From an uncultured Chloroflexia bacterium (GTDB lineage: Bacteria; Chloroflexota; Limnocylindria; Limnocylindrales; CSP1-4): a stretch of DNA of 64,000 bases. Below are positions 42,167 to 51,252 of this stretch, in pieces. Position numbers and translations under genes: made by a program. How positions within the stretch are numbered: position 1 is the first letter of the stretch; the number at the start of each line of letters is the position of its first letter. The stretch covers positions 256,001 to 320,000 of the forward strand of contig CAVQJC010000011.1 of assembly GCA_963712745.1 (NCBI GenBank). Direction: 5' to 3'. Under the pieces are notes generated by a model. That model made no database searches and was not told the origin of the DNA. It saw nothing but the letters and a program-made list of their open reading frames with translations.

Positions 42167-43072
42167 ATGAGCAACGTGGTAGCCATCGACATGGGTGGCA
42201 CGAAGACCGCCATCGCGGTCTTCGACGTCGACGGGCGCCTGCTTGCTCGATCGGTGGAGGCTACCCCGAGGCTCACACCCCATGATGCTGTGCATCGTTT
42301 CGCGGAGCGGGCACGACAGCTCGAGGGCATCGCCGAGGTCACGGCCGTCGGGATGGCGATGCCTGCCATCGTGGACGCCAACGGGCACGTAGCCTGGGCA
42401 GCGCAGAGCGTGTCCGCATGGGAAGGGGCTCCCGTCGGTGTGATGCTCGCGTCGGCCTTCGGCATTCCTGCGGTCGCGCTGTTCGATGGCTACGCCGCGA
42501 CCCTCGGGGAGGCGACCTTCGGCGCAGGCCGTGGCTATGACAGCGTGGCGACGCTGATCATCGGCACCGGTTTCGGCGCTGGCGTCTGGCTCGAGGGCAA
42601 GGTCATCGAGGGGCGGACGGGTGTGGCCGGGGCGGTCGGCTGGAATCGCTGGCCGTTGACCGACGGGCTGCTCTCGGAGCCGGCTGAGGCCGTCGCTTCG
42701 GGAACGGGGATCCTGGCTGTGGCGCGCCTCGCTGGACGGCATCAGGACTACCCCGACACGGCGTCCGTGTTCCGACGAGCGTCCGAGGGAGATTCGGCGG
42801 CTCGACACGCCGTGGACCAAGCCGCCCTCGTGGCTGGCACGGTGGCCGGGCACATCATCGATCTGTTGGCCCCGCAACTCGTGGTCTGGTCTGGAGGGGT
42901 TGGCTCGCGCGCTGACTTCTCGGAGCTGGCCACCGCGGTCGCGCAGCAGAGCTGTCAACCGTACGCGGTCACGCGTACGAAGTTCACCACATCGGGGCTC
43001 GGCGCTGAGTCGAGCCTCGTCGGAGCGGCAGCCAAGGCGCTGTCGATAGCCAAGGGAGAGGATCCAGGATGA
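42167..43072 (+). CDS. ROK family sugar kinase
   Basis: IDMGGTK, IGTGFGAG, no HTH; lacks the Cys-rich Zn motif. Confidence 0.85.
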   Translation: MSNVVAIDMGGTKTAIAVFDVDGRLLARSVEATPRLTPHDAVHRFAERARQLEGIAEVTAVGMAMPAIVDANGHVAWAAQSVSAWEGAPVGVMLASAFGIPAVALFDGYAATLGEATFGAGRGYDSVATLIIGTGFGAGVWLEGKVIEGRTGVAGAVGWNRWPLTDGLLSEPAEAVASGTGILAVARLAGRHQDYPDTASVFRRASEGDSAARHAVDQAALVAGTVAGHIIDLLAPQLVVWSGGVGSRADFSELATAVAQQSCQPYAVTRTKFTTSGLGAESSLVGAAAKALSIAKGEDPG

Positions 43073-43818
43073 GTGCACAACGTTACTTCGAAGCAGCGGC
43101 GGAGTTGGTCACCAAGATCGAGCAGACGCAGACCGAAGCCATCGGTCAGGCCGCCCGCATGATGGCCGACGGCGTGAAGGAAGGTGGCTTGGTGAGCCTG
43201 TTCGGCAGCGGTCACTCGATCCTGCCTGTGATGGACGCCTTTCCTCGCTATGGCAGCTATCCGTGCCTGCGGCCGCTGACGGACCAGCGCCTGGGTTGGT
43301 CCAATGTGCTCGGCACCGGCGGTGTGCGCGAGTTGTTGTGGCTCGAGCGCACGGAGGGCTACATCGCCAACTTTCTGGGCAATTACTCCTTCCAGGACGG
43401 TGACACGCTCGTGGCATACAGCCACGGCGGCCTGAACGCCGCTGCGATCGATGCCGCCCTCTACGCGAAGGAGCGCGGTGCCTCGATCGTGGCTATCACC
43501 TCGGTCGCGAACCTGGACCTCAATGCCGCCACGCATTCGTCTGGCAAGCGCCTCGCGGAGGTCGCTGACGTCGTCATCGACAACTGCTGTGATCCAGCCG
43601 ATGCGGTGGTCGATATCGACGGCTGGGGACCTCCGGTCGGGGCGACCTCCACGCTGGCTGTCATCGTCATCACGATGTGCCTCGTGAGCCAGCTGGCGCA
43701 GGAGTTGAAGGATCGCGGCATCGTGCTGCCGACGTTCGTGTCGCCGAATGACACGCGCTTCGGTCCTGACCACAACGTCGAGGTCTTCGCGGAGTACAAG
43801 CGTCGCGTCCATCGCTAG
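43069..43818 (+). CDS. UPF0309-type single SIS-domain sugar-phosphate enzyme (NagS-like)
   Basis: FGSGHS, LERTEG, SHGGLN, AITS, HSSGKRL, ATST, FVSPN. Confidence 0.8.
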   Translation: MSAQRYFEAAAELVTKIEQTQTEAIGQAARMMADGVKEGGLVSLFGSGHSILPVMDAFPRYGSYPCLRPLTDQRLGWSNVLGTGGVRELLWLERTEGYIANFLGNYSFQDGDTLVAYSHGGLNAAAIDAALYAKERGASIVAITSVANLDLNAATHSSGKRLAEVADVVIDNCCDPADAVVDIDGWGPPVGATSTLAVIVITMCLVSQLAQELKDRGIVLPTFVSPNDTRFGPDHNVEVFAEYKRRVHR

Positions 43819-43885
43819 CGTCGCAGCCATCCGATCTCCCGTGCCGGCGTGTACCGGTGGCGGGCTCGATGGCGTTCGCTGTCGG

Positions 43886-43999
43886 ATGACCACTGAGGAT
43901 AGGCTCGCCGGAGCGGCCGGATTCGCCGCTCTGCGTGCCATCAAGTCAGCGCCCGATCCCGACGGCATCCTCGACCCGGGCAAGGTGATGCCGGACTGA
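43886..43999 (+). pseudogene. C-terminal remnant of an FAD-linked oxidase (GlcD/VAO family)
   Basis: ALRAIKSAPDPDGILDPGK matches the KxxxDPxxILNPGK family terminus; no N-terminal FAD domain. Confidence 0.6.
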
Positions 44000-44309
44000 T
44001 TGGTCGCTTTCAACGGGCCACCGGCGACCATCTTCCCGTCGTGCCGCTGTCTTCCGACCCGCTCCTGCTGAAATGGGGACGGATCAAGTGAGCATCGCAT
44101 GCCCATGCGTGGCACGATCAAGGCGGATGGAAACGCGGATCTGCTGACCAGACTTGCATCTGGAGGAGGAGCGGAGAGGCCCTGGCCGAGATCAGCGGGC
44201 TCGGCCGTGGCGCCCTTACCCCTATCGTCCCAGTCCACTAGATGGACGATGACGTTGCACAGCCATGTACCATCGAGCATCATCGCCGGTCCATGGGGTC
44301 ACCAGCAGC

Positions 44310-45074
44310 ATGAGTGGTCGAAACAGCGAAGCGGGTCGATCGGTCCTCAGCAAGGCGTTCGCCATCCTCGATGCTCTGCGCGATGCCCAAGTCGACTTGA
44401 CGCGAGCACAGCTGGCACGTCGGACCGGACTACCCATGACCACCGTGCACCGATTGGCGACCGAACTGTGTGAGCACGGCGCGCTCGAGATGACGGAGCG
44501 ACGGACCTACCGTGTCGGTCCGTGGCTGTGGGAGATCGGCACCCTCTCAGCGCACACCCGCACCTTTCGACATGTCGCTATCCCGTTCATGCAAGACCTC
44601 TACGACGCGACAAGGGAGAACGTGCAGCTGGCCGTGCCGGATGGTCTCGACGCACTCATCATCGAGCGCGTACGAGGTCGGACGTCCGTCCCCATCACCT
44701 CCCGAGTCGGAGGCCGCATCCCGATGCACTCGACAGGCGTAGGCAAGGCCATCCTGGCGTTCTCGCCGGATGATTTGCAGGAACAGGTGATCGCCCGGGG
44801 CCTCACGCCGCTGACGCCGTACACGATCACTGACCCTGATGTCTTCCGAGCCGAGTTAGCCGAGACACGAGAACGTGGCTACTCGGTCACGCGCATGGAG
44901 ATGGCTCTCAATTCCGCGTCCGTTGGCGTGCCCATCTTCGACAGCGACGACATAGTGATCGGCGCGATCTCCTTGATCGTCGAGGCGAGTCGAGCTGACG
45001 TGGCCCGGCTGGCACCGCCGATCAAGGCCGTGGCGCGTGGTATCAGCCGAAACCTCGAGACCCGGAGGCCCTAG
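44310..45074 (+). CDS. IclR family regulator
   Basis: SVLSKAFAIL...TGLPMTTVHRL; HSTGVGKAIL; RERGYS. Confidence 0.93.
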   Translation: MSGRNSEAGRSVLSKAFAILDALRDAQVDLTRAQLARRTGLPMTTVHRLATELCEHGALEMTERRTYRVGPWLWEIGTLSAHTRTFRHVAIPFMQDLYDATRENVQLAVPDGLDALIIERVRGRTSVPITSRVGGRIPMHSTGVGKAILAFSPDDLQEQVIARGLTPLTPYTITDPDVFRAELAETRERGYSVTRMEMALNSASVGVPIFDSDDIVIGAISLIVEASRADVARLAPPIKAVARGISRNLETRRP

Positions 45075-45115
45075 GCGGCGGCTCGTCTGGACCGCTGGCC
45101 ACGCAGCGTAGTTGT

Positions 45116-45126
45116 CCACTGAGTGG
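45116..45126. promoter_or_regulatory. Putative IclR-type operator CCACT-G-AGTGG
   Basis: Odd-centred palindrome between iclR and the ABC operon. Confidence 0.5.
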
Positions 45127-45205
45127 TCGATACGGTTGACGCTGCCGGAACGCTCCTTCTACCGTCCGGCGAAGCTGCGACGCAGAGCACGGAGGTATCG
45201 GGGGA

Positions 45206-46234
45206 TTGGGGCAGTCCACGCAAGGCGGGAACGCGGGCGCATCGAACGGGAAGCCTGTTGACGGCTGGTCGATTCGCCGTCTGGCCATGGCTGACTGGTC
45301 CAGCGCCGTCCTCGCTCTGCTGGTCGTGCTCATGGTCGTCGGCATCGCCCACCCCAACTTCCTTGCGCCAGGGCAGCTCATCAACGTCGTGCAGAGCTCG
45401 GTCTACGCGGCCCTCATCGCCGCGGGCCTGGTCTTCCTCATCCCTCAGAACGAGATCGACCTGTCCGTCGGCGGCAGCTACATCCTCACCGGCGTAGTGG
45501 CGGCCCTGCTCATGCGGGAGGGGTTGAACCCCTGGCTCGCTGCCACGGTCGCGATCGGCGTGGCCGTAAGCGTCGGACTGGCCAACGCCTTCACCAGCCA
45601 GGTCATCGGCATCCCCTCCCTGATCGGCACACTGGCCATGGGCTGGATGCTGCGTGGTCTCGCGCTCGCGCTAAGCAACGGGACCCAAGTGACCGGCCTC
45701 CCGATACAGGATCCCTTCTTCGAGATCCTCGGCGGCACCAAGCTCATGGGCATCCCGGTGTCGGTCATCCTGCTCGTCGTCGTCGGACTGATCCTGACCA
45801 TCGTCATGCGCAACACGCCGTTCGGCTTCCGGGTGCGAGAGATCGGCTCCAACCCCGATGCGGCTGAGTTCTCCGGTATCCCCATCCGGCGGACCAAGAC
45901 CATGGGCTTCATGCTCGCCGGCTTCATGGCCGGTCTTGCCGGCGTCGTCGCCGTCGCATTCTTCACCACCGGAGATCCCCAGAGCGGCGGAGGCATCGAG
46001 CTCTACGCCGTGGCCGGCGCGGTCATCGGCGGCACGCCGCTCGCGGGCGGCAAGGCCACGGTCTTCGGCGCCATGGTCGGAGCCATCCTGCTGACCGCCG
46101 TGGCGGTCGGCCTCGTCTACTTCCAGATCCCAGCGGTCTGGGCCCAGTTCGCGACCGGCGCCGTCATCCTCGGTGCGGTCTCCGTAGATGGCCTCGTCCA
46201 GCGTCAGCGGCGCCGCGCGGCCCGGCAGGAGTAG
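45206..46234 (+). CDS. Sugar ABC (CUT2) permease
   Basis: IDLSVG, EIGSNPDAAEFSGI, ELYAVAGAVIGG; TTG start after GGAGG. Confidence 0.92.
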   Translation: MGQSTQGGNAGASNGKPVDGWSIRRLAMADWSSAVLALLVVLMVVGIAHPNFLAPGQLINVVQSSVYAALIAAGLVFLIPQNEIDLSVGGSYILTGVVAALLMREGLNPWLAATVAIGVAVSVGLANAFTSQVIGIPSLIGTLAMGWMLRGLALALSNGTQVTGLPIQDPFFEILGGTKLMGIPVSVILLVVVGLILTIVMRNTPFGFRVREIGSNPDAAEFSGIPIRRTKTMGFMLAGFMAGLAGVVAVAFFTTGDPQSGGGIELYAVAGAVIGGTPLAGGKATVFGAMVGAILLTAVAVGLVYFQIPAVWAQFATGAVILGAVSVDGLVQRQRRRAARQE

Positions 46235-46325
46235 GACAGGTGCCGCCACCACATGCCGGATCGGCCGACCTTTCGGACCGGTCCAGGTGTCTCAACCCCT
46301 TCACAGGGACAAGGAGGAAGTGGAC

Positions 46326-47424
46326 ATGAGTCCTCGGATCGAGACTACGGGCCGGCGAAGCACGCGTCTGGGACGCGTCGCTATCGTTGCGGCCGCGACC
46401 CTCGTTCTTGCCGCCATGGGCGGTGCCAGCGCGTTCGCACAGGACGAGGAGACGGCAGAGATCGGCTTCGTCTTCTGGGAGACGAAGACCGACGCCTTCG
46501 TGCAGATGGCCAACGGCGGTAAGGCCGTCGGCGATCTCGATCCGCGTGTCAACGTGGAGCGCGCCGCGCCCGACACCGGCGATCCGCAGCGCCAGGCGGC
46601 GCTGTTCGGGCCCATTGCCCAGACGCAGACGGACGGCATCGTCCTGCAGAGCCTGGCCGCTGACCCGCTGTTCCGCGTGGTCAAGGAAGCCACCGACAAC
46701 GGGATCCCCGTCGCGGCCATCGACGCCCCACCGCCCAACGACGCGGGCGTGGGCCTCTTCATCACCGCTGACAACCACGGCCTCGGCATGCAGCTGGCGG
46801 AAGCCGTCCTGGCCCTGGTTCCTGAGGATGCCAGCGGCACGGTCATCATCGGCAACACCGGCGTCGGCGTCCCGCCGCTCGACCAGCGAGCACAGGGCAT
46901 GATCGACAAGATCAGTGAGCTCCGCCCGGACCTCCAGATCGTTGGTCCCATCTCCACCATGGGCACGGCGGCCACCTCGGCCGAGGTCTACGCAGCCTGG
47001 GACGGACTGCTCAAGAACAACCCCGATGCGGTCGCGGTCATGGCGCCTAGCGCGCAGGACGCGACGGCCATGGGATTGCTCGCCAAGCGCGCCGACTTCG
47101 ATCTGCCGTCCGGTGGCTTCGACCTCGAGGCCGGCAACCTGCAGGCCGTCAAGGAAGGCACCGTCGACTACGTGATGTCTCCTGAGCACTGGCTCAGCGG
47201 CTACGTGGCCACGCGTGCACTGGCGAATGCGGCCCTCGCAGGTGAGGACCCCATCCAGGGCCTCATGCTCCTGCCGGGTCTGCTGGTGAGCTCCGAGAAC
47301 GTGGACGAGATCGATCGCTCGCCAGGAGAGTGAGGAGACCGTATCGGCCGCCCTCGCTCCCGTCGGCGATGACATCGTGGCGAACGCGGAACAGTACATC
47401 GTGAACACCTGGCCGCCGAGCTGA
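46326..47424 (+). CDS. Sugar ABC substrate-binding protein; apparent +1 frameshift at 47313
   Basis: AAGGAGG RBS; signal peptide ending AFA-QD; removing G47313 gives ENVDEIIARQES... and a stop at 47424. Confidence 0.85.
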
Positions 47425-47445
47425 TCGGCTAGGACTCGCACTTCG

Positions 47446-48993
47446 ATGACCGCTTTCGAGGCGCAGGGCGTCCGCAAGACCTATGGAGGCGTCGTGGCAC
47501 TCCACGGCGCCGACTTCGCCGTCCGCCCGGGCAGCGTGCACGCGCTGCTCGGGGAGAATGGGGCGGGGAAGTCCACGCTGGTCAAGGTCATGACCGGCGC
47601 CGTCCGGCCCGACTCGGGCACCGTGCGCCTCGATGGCAACGAGGTCAGCTTCAGGAACACCGCCGACGCCGTCTCGCACGGCGTCGCGGTCGTGGCCCAG
47701 GAGCTGAGCCTCTTTCCCCATCTCGACATCCTGGCCAACCTGTTCCCCATGCGTGAGCCGCGACGCGGACCTCTGGTCGATCGCAAACGCATGCTACAGC
47801 TGGCTACCCCGGTACTCGAACGACTCGGCGTCGAGCACCATCCTTCCACTCGCATCAGTGAACTCTCACTCGCCGATCGCCAGCTGGTCGAGATCGCCAA
47901 GGCACTCGTCGCTGAGCCGCGCGTTCTGCTGCTCGATGAGCCCACTTCAGCGCTGGAGACCGGTGACAGCGAACGGCTGCTGGGCATCCTGCGCGTGCTG
48001 CGCGAGCGCGACGTCGCTGTCGTCTACGTCTCGCACATCCTCGAGGAGGTCATGCGCCTCTGCGACGAAGTGACCGTGCTGCGTGACGGCTACGTCGTCA
48101 TGAGTGGCGAGCAGCTCGCTGAGCTTAACCTTGAGACCATCGTCGCCGCCATGCTGGGGAAGGACGACGAGAGGGTGTCGAAGGGGCCGGGGGTCGATGT
48201 GGGCGTCCCGGCCATCAAGGCCAGCCCGCCACTGACCGCCGATGCCACTCCGGCCGAGCTGGTGCTCGATGGCGTCAGCTCGAAAGCGGGCCTGAACGAC
48301 GTGAGCTTGCGGGTCGCGGCTGGCGAGGTCGTCGGACTCGCCGGCCTCCAGGGGTCCGGCCCCGGGGCCGTGCTCAGCGCGATCGCCGGGATATCGGACA
48401 TCAGCGCCGGTGAGATCCGCCTGCCCGGCGAGCAGGTACGCCCGACCTCCTTCCGCCAGGCCATCGACCGCGGGGTGGCTTTCGTCTCTGGCGACCGGCG
48501 CCGGTTGGGGCTCATGCTCGACAAGCCCATCTGGGAGAACATCGTCCAGGTCCGCACCATGGGCATGGCCCGCGACGGCATGCTGTTGCGAACCGGACAG
48601 CTGCGTGAACGTGCGGCCAAGTTGGCACAGGAGCTCGGCGTGAGAACGCCGTCGGTCACCATCAACGCCGGCAATCTCTCTGGTGGCAACCAACAGAAGG
48701 TCGTCATCGCCAAGTGGATGGACTCCGACCCGACCACGTTCTTGCTCGACGACCCCACCCGTGGCGTCGATGTCGGCGCCCGACAGGAGATCAATGCGCT
48801 CTTGCGCACCGCAGCGGCCGGAGGCGCCGTGGTCATGTTCCTGTCCACAGACCTCGAGGAGCTGGCCACCGGCTGCGACCGCGTCCTCGTCTTCTATCGG
48901 GGCTCGATCTGTGCCGAACTGAGTGGCCCAGGGCTGACCGCGCCGGCGCTGCTGCAGCTCATGAATACCGGCACCGTCGAGGAGGCTGCTTGA
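47446..48993 (+). CDS. Sugar ABC ATP-binding protein
   Basis: GENGAGKS, LDEPT, LSGGNQQKV, DDPTRGVDVG. Confidence 0.95.
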   Translation: MTAFEAQGVRKTYGGVVALHGADFAVRPGSVHALLGENGAGKSTLVKVMTGAVRPDSGTVRLDGNEVSFRNTADAVSHGVAVVAQELSLFPHLDILANLFPMREPRRGPLVDRKRMLQLATPVLERLGVEHHPSTRISELSLADRQLVEIAKALVAEPRVLLLDEPTSALETGDSERLLGILRVLRERDVAVVYVSHILEEVMRLCDEVTVLRDGYVVMSGEQLAELNLETIVAAMLGKDDERVSKGPGVDVGVPAIKASPPLTADATPAELVLDGVSSKAGLNDVSLRVAAGEVVGLAGLQGSGPGAVLSAIAGISDISAGEIRLPGEQVRPTSFRQAIDRGVAFVSGDRRRLGLMLDKPIWENIVQVRTMGMARDGMLLRTGQLRERAAKLAQELGVRTPSVTINAGNLSGGNQQKVVIAKWMDSDPTTFLLDDPTRGVDVGARQEINALLRTAAAGGAVVMFLSTDLEELATGCDRVLVFYRGSICAELSGPGLTAPALLQLMNTGTVEEAA

Positions 48994-48994
48994 G

Positions 48995-49891
48995 ATGGCA
49001 TCACCTTGGCCACTGACCACCGGGCCATTGCCCGAGATCCAGCTCCGCGATCACGGTGTACGCACCCGTGCGGGCGCGATCTACTCTGTGCTTGAGGGCT
49101 ATCGTCCACTTCGCCTGGATCTCTACCTACCGCCAGTGACGCGAGCTCCGGCACCGGTGGTCGTGTGGATCCACGGCGGGGCGTTCATGCACGGTGACCG
49201 GACCGCGTTGCCGCCACTGCTCGAGCAGGAGCGCCTGTTCACGCGGCTGCCGCTGGCCGGCTATGCGGTGGCCTCGATCGAGTATCGCCTGAGCGGCGAG
49301 GCGATCTTTCCGGCTCAGCTCGAGGACGTGCAGGCCGGCATCCGCTGGCTGCGCGCTCGGGCCCACGAGCTTGAGATCGACCCTGCGCGCATGGCCGCTT
49401 GGGGTGAGTCAGCCGGTGGCCACCTGGCAGCCTTCGCTGGAGTCGCCGGTCGCCTCGACGCGACCGATGACGACGTGGAGTTCGCCGAACAGCCCACGAA
49501 CGTCTCGGCCGTCGTGGACTGGTATGGGCCGACCGACTTCTCATCGATGGACCGGCAGGCAGGCGAGATCTCACGCATGAATCACGACGACCCCAATTCG
49601 CCGGAGTCGCGGCTCATCGGAGCCCCGGTCCAGGAACGTCTCGACCTCGTAGAGCGCGCGGACCCGGCGATGCGTGCTACGGCTGCGACTCCGCCGTTCC
49701 TGGTCATGCATGGCACCCGGGATGGGCTGGTGCCCTTTGGCCAGAGCCAGCACCTAGTGAGCCGGCTGAACGAGCTCGGTGTTTCCGTGGAGTTCCGCCC
49801 GGTCGAAGGCGCCGATCACGTCTTCGAGGGCTTCGAGAAGGGGGGTGTTTTGGTAGACGAGGTGGTCGACTTCCTCGAACGCACTCTGTGA
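48995..49891 (+). CDS. HSL/BD-FAE-like alpha/beta esterase
   Basis: LDLYLP, IHGGAF, YRLS, GESAGG, HGTRDGLVP, GADH. Confidence 0.9.
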   Translation: MASPWPLTTGPLPEIQLRDHGVRTRAGAIYSVLEGYRPLRLDLYLPPVTRAPAPVVVWIHGGAFMHGDRTALPPLLEQERLFTRLPLAGYAVASIEYRLSGEAIFPAQLEDVQAGIRWLRARAHELEIDPARMAAWGESAGGHLAAFAGVAGRLDATDDDVEFAEQPTNVSAVVDWYGPTDFSSMDRQAGEISRMNHDDPNSPESRLIGAPVQERLDLVERADPAMRATAATPPFLVMHGTRDGLVPFGQSQHLVSRLNELGVSVEFRPVEGADHVFEGFEKGGVLVDEVVDFLERTL

Positions 49892-50034
49892 CCCGGGACT
49901 GAACCGGGTAGCAACCGACCGTCGCACCTCCGCGGACGGTCGAGGGGCATCGACCTCATCGCCGCAGCGAACGCGTCACGCGACAGGGCATATCCCGCGT
50001 GCGTGCCTGTTCGACTTGCGCGCCAACGACACTG

Positions 50035-51003
50035 ATGAGCGCACCAAACACCCGCACCGACACCACCGGCGTGGCCATCGTCTTCGGGGCAGCGGCGGCG
50101 CTGGGCACCCTCGGCGTCATCTCCAACCTGGCCTACGACGCCGGTATGTCGGCCGCGGTCTTCACGGCCCTGCGCGCGGCGCTCGGGACGGTGATCCTGG
50201 GCACGCTGGTACTGCTTCACCTCCAGCCCAGCACCAGCATCCGAGCACTGCCACGGCGCGAGAAGCGCCTGTTCCTCATCGCCATCGTGACGAACGGCTC
50301 CATGAACCTGTTGCTCTTCGCGGGCTTCGAGGTGATGACGGTGGCCCTGGTCATGACGGTCTTCTACACGTACCCCTTGATGGTGATGGTCGTCCAGGCT
50401 GTGCGCGGTCAGGAGCTGGTCACGCCGACACGCGTAGCCGCTCTGATCGTGGCCATGGCTGGACTCCTGCTGGTCATCGGCAGCCAGGTCGGACCGGACG
50501 CACACGTCTCGCTGGCAGGCATCGCGCTGGGGCTGGCTGCGGCGATGTGCCAAGCGGCCTACCTGGTCGTGTCTCGCGACGGCTATCCCTCCGTGCCCGC
50601 GGTGCAGGCAACCTCGTTGGTGCTCGTCGGCGGCGTGCTCATTTCAGGCTCCGCCGCGATCCTCACGGGCGGGGTCGGGTCGGTCAGCACGTGGGCCTCG
50701 GAGCCGGTCGCCTGGCTGGCCGTGATCGTGGCGGGAACGCTCGGTGCTGCCATCCCCAAGGTCATGCTGCTGGTGGGCGTCCGCCGTATCGGCGGCACAC
50801 GCACAGCCACGGTCATGCTCTCCGAGCCGGTGATGGCTGCCGCCTTCGCCGCCGTCGCATTGGGCCAGGAGGTGACCGTGGCTGAGGTCATCGGCGGGGC
50901 GGCGATCCTCCTGGGTGCTGCGCTGGTGCAGCGTCCATCAAGGCGCGACGCCGAAGCCCCCGGTCCGCCCGGGGCCGAGAGTGCCTGGGCCCCTCACGAG
51001 TGA
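50035..51003 (+). CDS. DMT/EamA family transporter
   Basis: About 10 TM segments in two EamA repeats; YTYP, EPV motifs. Confidence 0.9.
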   Translation: MSAPNTRTDTTGVAIVFGAAAALGTLGVISNLAYDAGMSAAVFTALRAALGTVILGTLVLLHLQPSTSIRALPRREKRLFLIAIVTNGSMNLLLFAGFEVMTVALVMTVFYTYPLMVMVVQAVRGQELVTPTRVAALIVAMAGLLLVIGSQVGPDAHVSLAGIALGLAAAMCQAAYLVVSRDGYPSVPAVQATSLVLVGGVLISGSAAILTGGVGSVSTWASEPVAWLAVIVAGTLGAAIPKVMLLVGVRRIGGTRTATVMLSEPVMAAAFAAVALGQEVTVAEVIGGAAILLGAALVQRPSRRDAEAPGPPGAESAWAPHE

Positions 51004-51033
51004 GCGCACCGCGAAAGCTGCGGCGCAAAGGAA

Positions 51034-51075
51034 TGGTTGGCGAGGAAGGATTCGGGCCCTTCGATCCCCTGATCC
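51034..51075 (-). repeat. Degenerate copy of the tRNA-Gln 3' half (att-like direct repeat)
   Basis: TGGTTGGCGAGGAAGGATTCGGGCCCTTCGATCCCCTGATCC vs 62050-62090 TGGCTGGCGAGGAAGGATTCG-AACCTTCAATCCCCTGATCC; 37 of 42 columns identical by hand alignment. Confidence 0.88.
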
Positions 51076-51252
51076 CGAGGCGCCACGCTCGATCCGGCTC
51101 TCCTGACTCGTGATCCTCGGATGCTGTAGTGGTGTCTCCACTGTGGGTCAGAGGAGACGATCGGATGTGCCGACCTTGGCGGCTCTCAGCCATGGCGGGC
51201 TTGGGCGTGCCTCGGTTGTTCCCATCGTTCCTCTTCGGCTCCGTCGGTCAGG

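Noticed and set aside
51034-51075. A second tRNA gene
   Set aside because: Only the 3' half is present, with a mutated T-loop; there is no D arm or 5' acceptor strand
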